Positions 51,050-52,859 of a DNA stretch of 52,859 nucleotides are shown piece after piece. The DNA lies in the NCBI RefSeq assembly GCF_001194135.2, contig NC_069003.1, positions 4,321,828 through 4,374,686 of the forward strand. Direction: 5' to 3'. Each line of letters opens with the position of its first letter. Positions within the stretch are counted from its first letter, which is position 1. This DNA comes from Octopus bimaculoides (taxonomy: Eukaryota). The notes under the pieces were generated by a model. The model did not search any database. It saw only the letters and a list, made by a program, of their open reading frames with translations, and was not told the DNA's origin. Position numbers and translations under genes: made by a program.

Positions 51050-51190
51050 GCGCATGGCTTAGTGGTTAAGGTATTGCACTTTTGATCGTAAGATTGTGGT
51101 TTCGATTCCTGGTCCGTCAGATGCGTTGTGTACAAGAGTAATAAGCATTTCATGTGACATTGCCCTAAACCACTCTGCTAGTTAAATTGG
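51050..51190 (+). mobile_element. SINE family C head
   Basis: GGCGCATGGCTTAGTGGTTAAGG..TTGCAC...GATTGTGGTTTCGATTCCTGG, with A and B boxes. Confidence 0.7.
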
Positions 51191-52254
51191 TGAAGTCGCT
51201 GCGGGCGTGGCAAACCGGCTATGGATGGCGACCCGATCGAAATAAAACAAGCAAAAGGGAGCTTCCGGACTGGTGGTGTATACTTCCTTTTCCCTTTCAG
51301 TCTCACCTTAATGCAACAAATTTTCCCTCCTCTACTCCTAAATTGTTCAGTTTTCTCCAGTACTGGCCATATCGGAGCTCCACTACTTAATACTTTATCA
51401 TTACACTATGTTGTCCGATTTTTAGCTTTTATACATTTTCTTTGGTTGCCTCTATTTTTTTTTTCATGTTTCATTACTATTTGTGAGTTTATCCCTTCTA
51501 TTGTATTCATTACTTTCCTTGAAGATGACAAAAAAAGGCCCCCGTTTTGCTCCTGTTTATAAATTTTGAATTAATTATTTCTTCGTTTATATAATTGTTT
51601 TGCAAGATTCTTGATGTGAAATCGTGTTATGAACTAGATATTGTTATATTGGGGGACGGTCACTTTACCAGTAAACAAATAATTCACTGTTTATTTGATC
51701 TTTACTTTACCTAAGACAAGACCAGACAGAAGAGGAGACAAGAACAGTTAGTCATTGAAGAGGTCACACATGGTGTAAAGAAAGGACTTTGTTAAGTAAA
51801 CTAAAAATAATAAAACTAAAGTGAAAATCAAATAAATATTGCGTGCGTTTATCAGCAAAATGGCCGTACCCAAATATAGCAATAATATTTCTCCATCATT
51901 GTTTACTTGATTTTCCTGTAGTTCTACACTAGACATTTTAAAACACTCTTATCTTGTTTTTTTCCATTTTAGTTTCCTCCTGGATATTTCTATGGCCTAT
52001 GTCTTTGATTTTGACGTATTTGTTATTTTCAGTTCCAATTAATTTGCCTTCATAATAGTTTTAGCATATTTATCTTATCTCTAAATCTTTTACACGTTTC
52101 TATGTCATCACTGAAATCCTAGATAATTTTTATCAGGGAGCTTGAAAATAATGATCCAGTGACCACTGGTTTCATTTCAGGCTTTATATTTCATATTCTA
52201 TTGATTTCCATCTCCGATGGACCACTGAACTCTACCAGTTTTTATTTTTTTCAT

Positions 52255-52380
52255 TCTCTGTTTATTTTCTCTTATTTCTTTCTCTTGAAGAACGTAGGCT
52301 CGAAATGTAAAGGTATTTCTTTATTTTCCCTAAGCGTCAAACTAATATACTTGCTTATCGATCATACACCTCTCTTCGAT
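52255..52380 (+). mobile_element. Dispersed repeat with a degenerate hammerhead-like fold (family 4, second copy)
   Basis: CUUU-CUCUUGA-A-GAAC[GUAG]GCUC-GAAAU-GUA-AAGG; flanks homologous to 28755-28928. Confidence 0.55.
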
Positions 52381-52419
52381 TATTATTTTCTATAAATTTT
52401 AACTGTTTTGTTCTTAGCT

Positions 52420-52620
52420 TTTTTTATAACTTTCATGGAAGTTATTCCTTCAGAAAGTTTCGCAATGTCGATAAATAAACACCTCCACTCCTTCCCACCC
52501 ATGATAACGATGTCGGGTTTGTTGCTTTTCTTAGCTCTCTGCCAGATTCTGTCTTGTTTAATGCCAGGTATCGTGATGTCATTTAGTTTGCAGATGATGT
52601 TGAAAATATACGGCACAATG
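52420..52620 (-). pseudogene. R4/Dong-clade restriction-like endonuclease fragment
   Basis: IWQRAKKSNKPDIVIMGGKEWRCLFIDIA matches the RLE pattern NRPDIV......C.LIDV. Confidence 0.7.
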
Positions 52621-52705
52621 GGTGTTTGCTAGGGTGTTCATAGCTTTCGATTTGTTATCCGAATTCAAATCACGTTTTAGCCCCACGCACACTCCCCAGC
52701 AGTGC

Positions 52706-52859
52706 TCTCTCTCTCTCTATATATATATATCCCCCTTCTTTCTCTGTATACCCCCTCTCTCTCTATATATATATATCCCCCTTCTTTCTCTGTATACCCC
52801 CTCTCTCTCTATATATATATATCCCCCTTCTTTCTCTGTATACCCCCTCTCTCTCTATA
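52706..52859. repeat. 46-bp tandem repeat, about 3.3 near-identical units, running off the window
   Basis: CCCCCTTC recurs at 52731, 52777 and 52823. Confidence 0.95.

Overview
Repeat-saturated, AT-rich animal genomic DNA from a draft assembly with 9 N-gaps, most of them abutting microsatellites. The SINE families and microsatellite style look like an octopus genome; this is recognition from memory and is not verified. No intact protein-coding gene could be supported, and almost all long ORFs in the track are artefacts of simple repeats or N-runs. The window holds many copies of three tRNA-derived SINE families, several mariner, pogo/Tc1 and hAT MITEs, and decayed R4/Dong and RTE LINE fragments. 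It also contains a Helitron remnant whose helicase C-terminus the ORF track missed, plus minisatellites. The most interesting signal is a set of minimal type-I hammerhead ribozyme (HHR) motifs from at least 3-4 sequence families. One family forms the 3' tail of a tRNA-headed, Pol III-compatible SINE. Both copies of that SINE (8.7-9.1 kb and 47.1-47.6 kb) carry an inverted duplicate of the HHR tail upstream of the head, suggesting a ribozyme-bearing SINE that uses Penelope-like element machinery. A separate, nearly intact HHR lies at 16854-16937.
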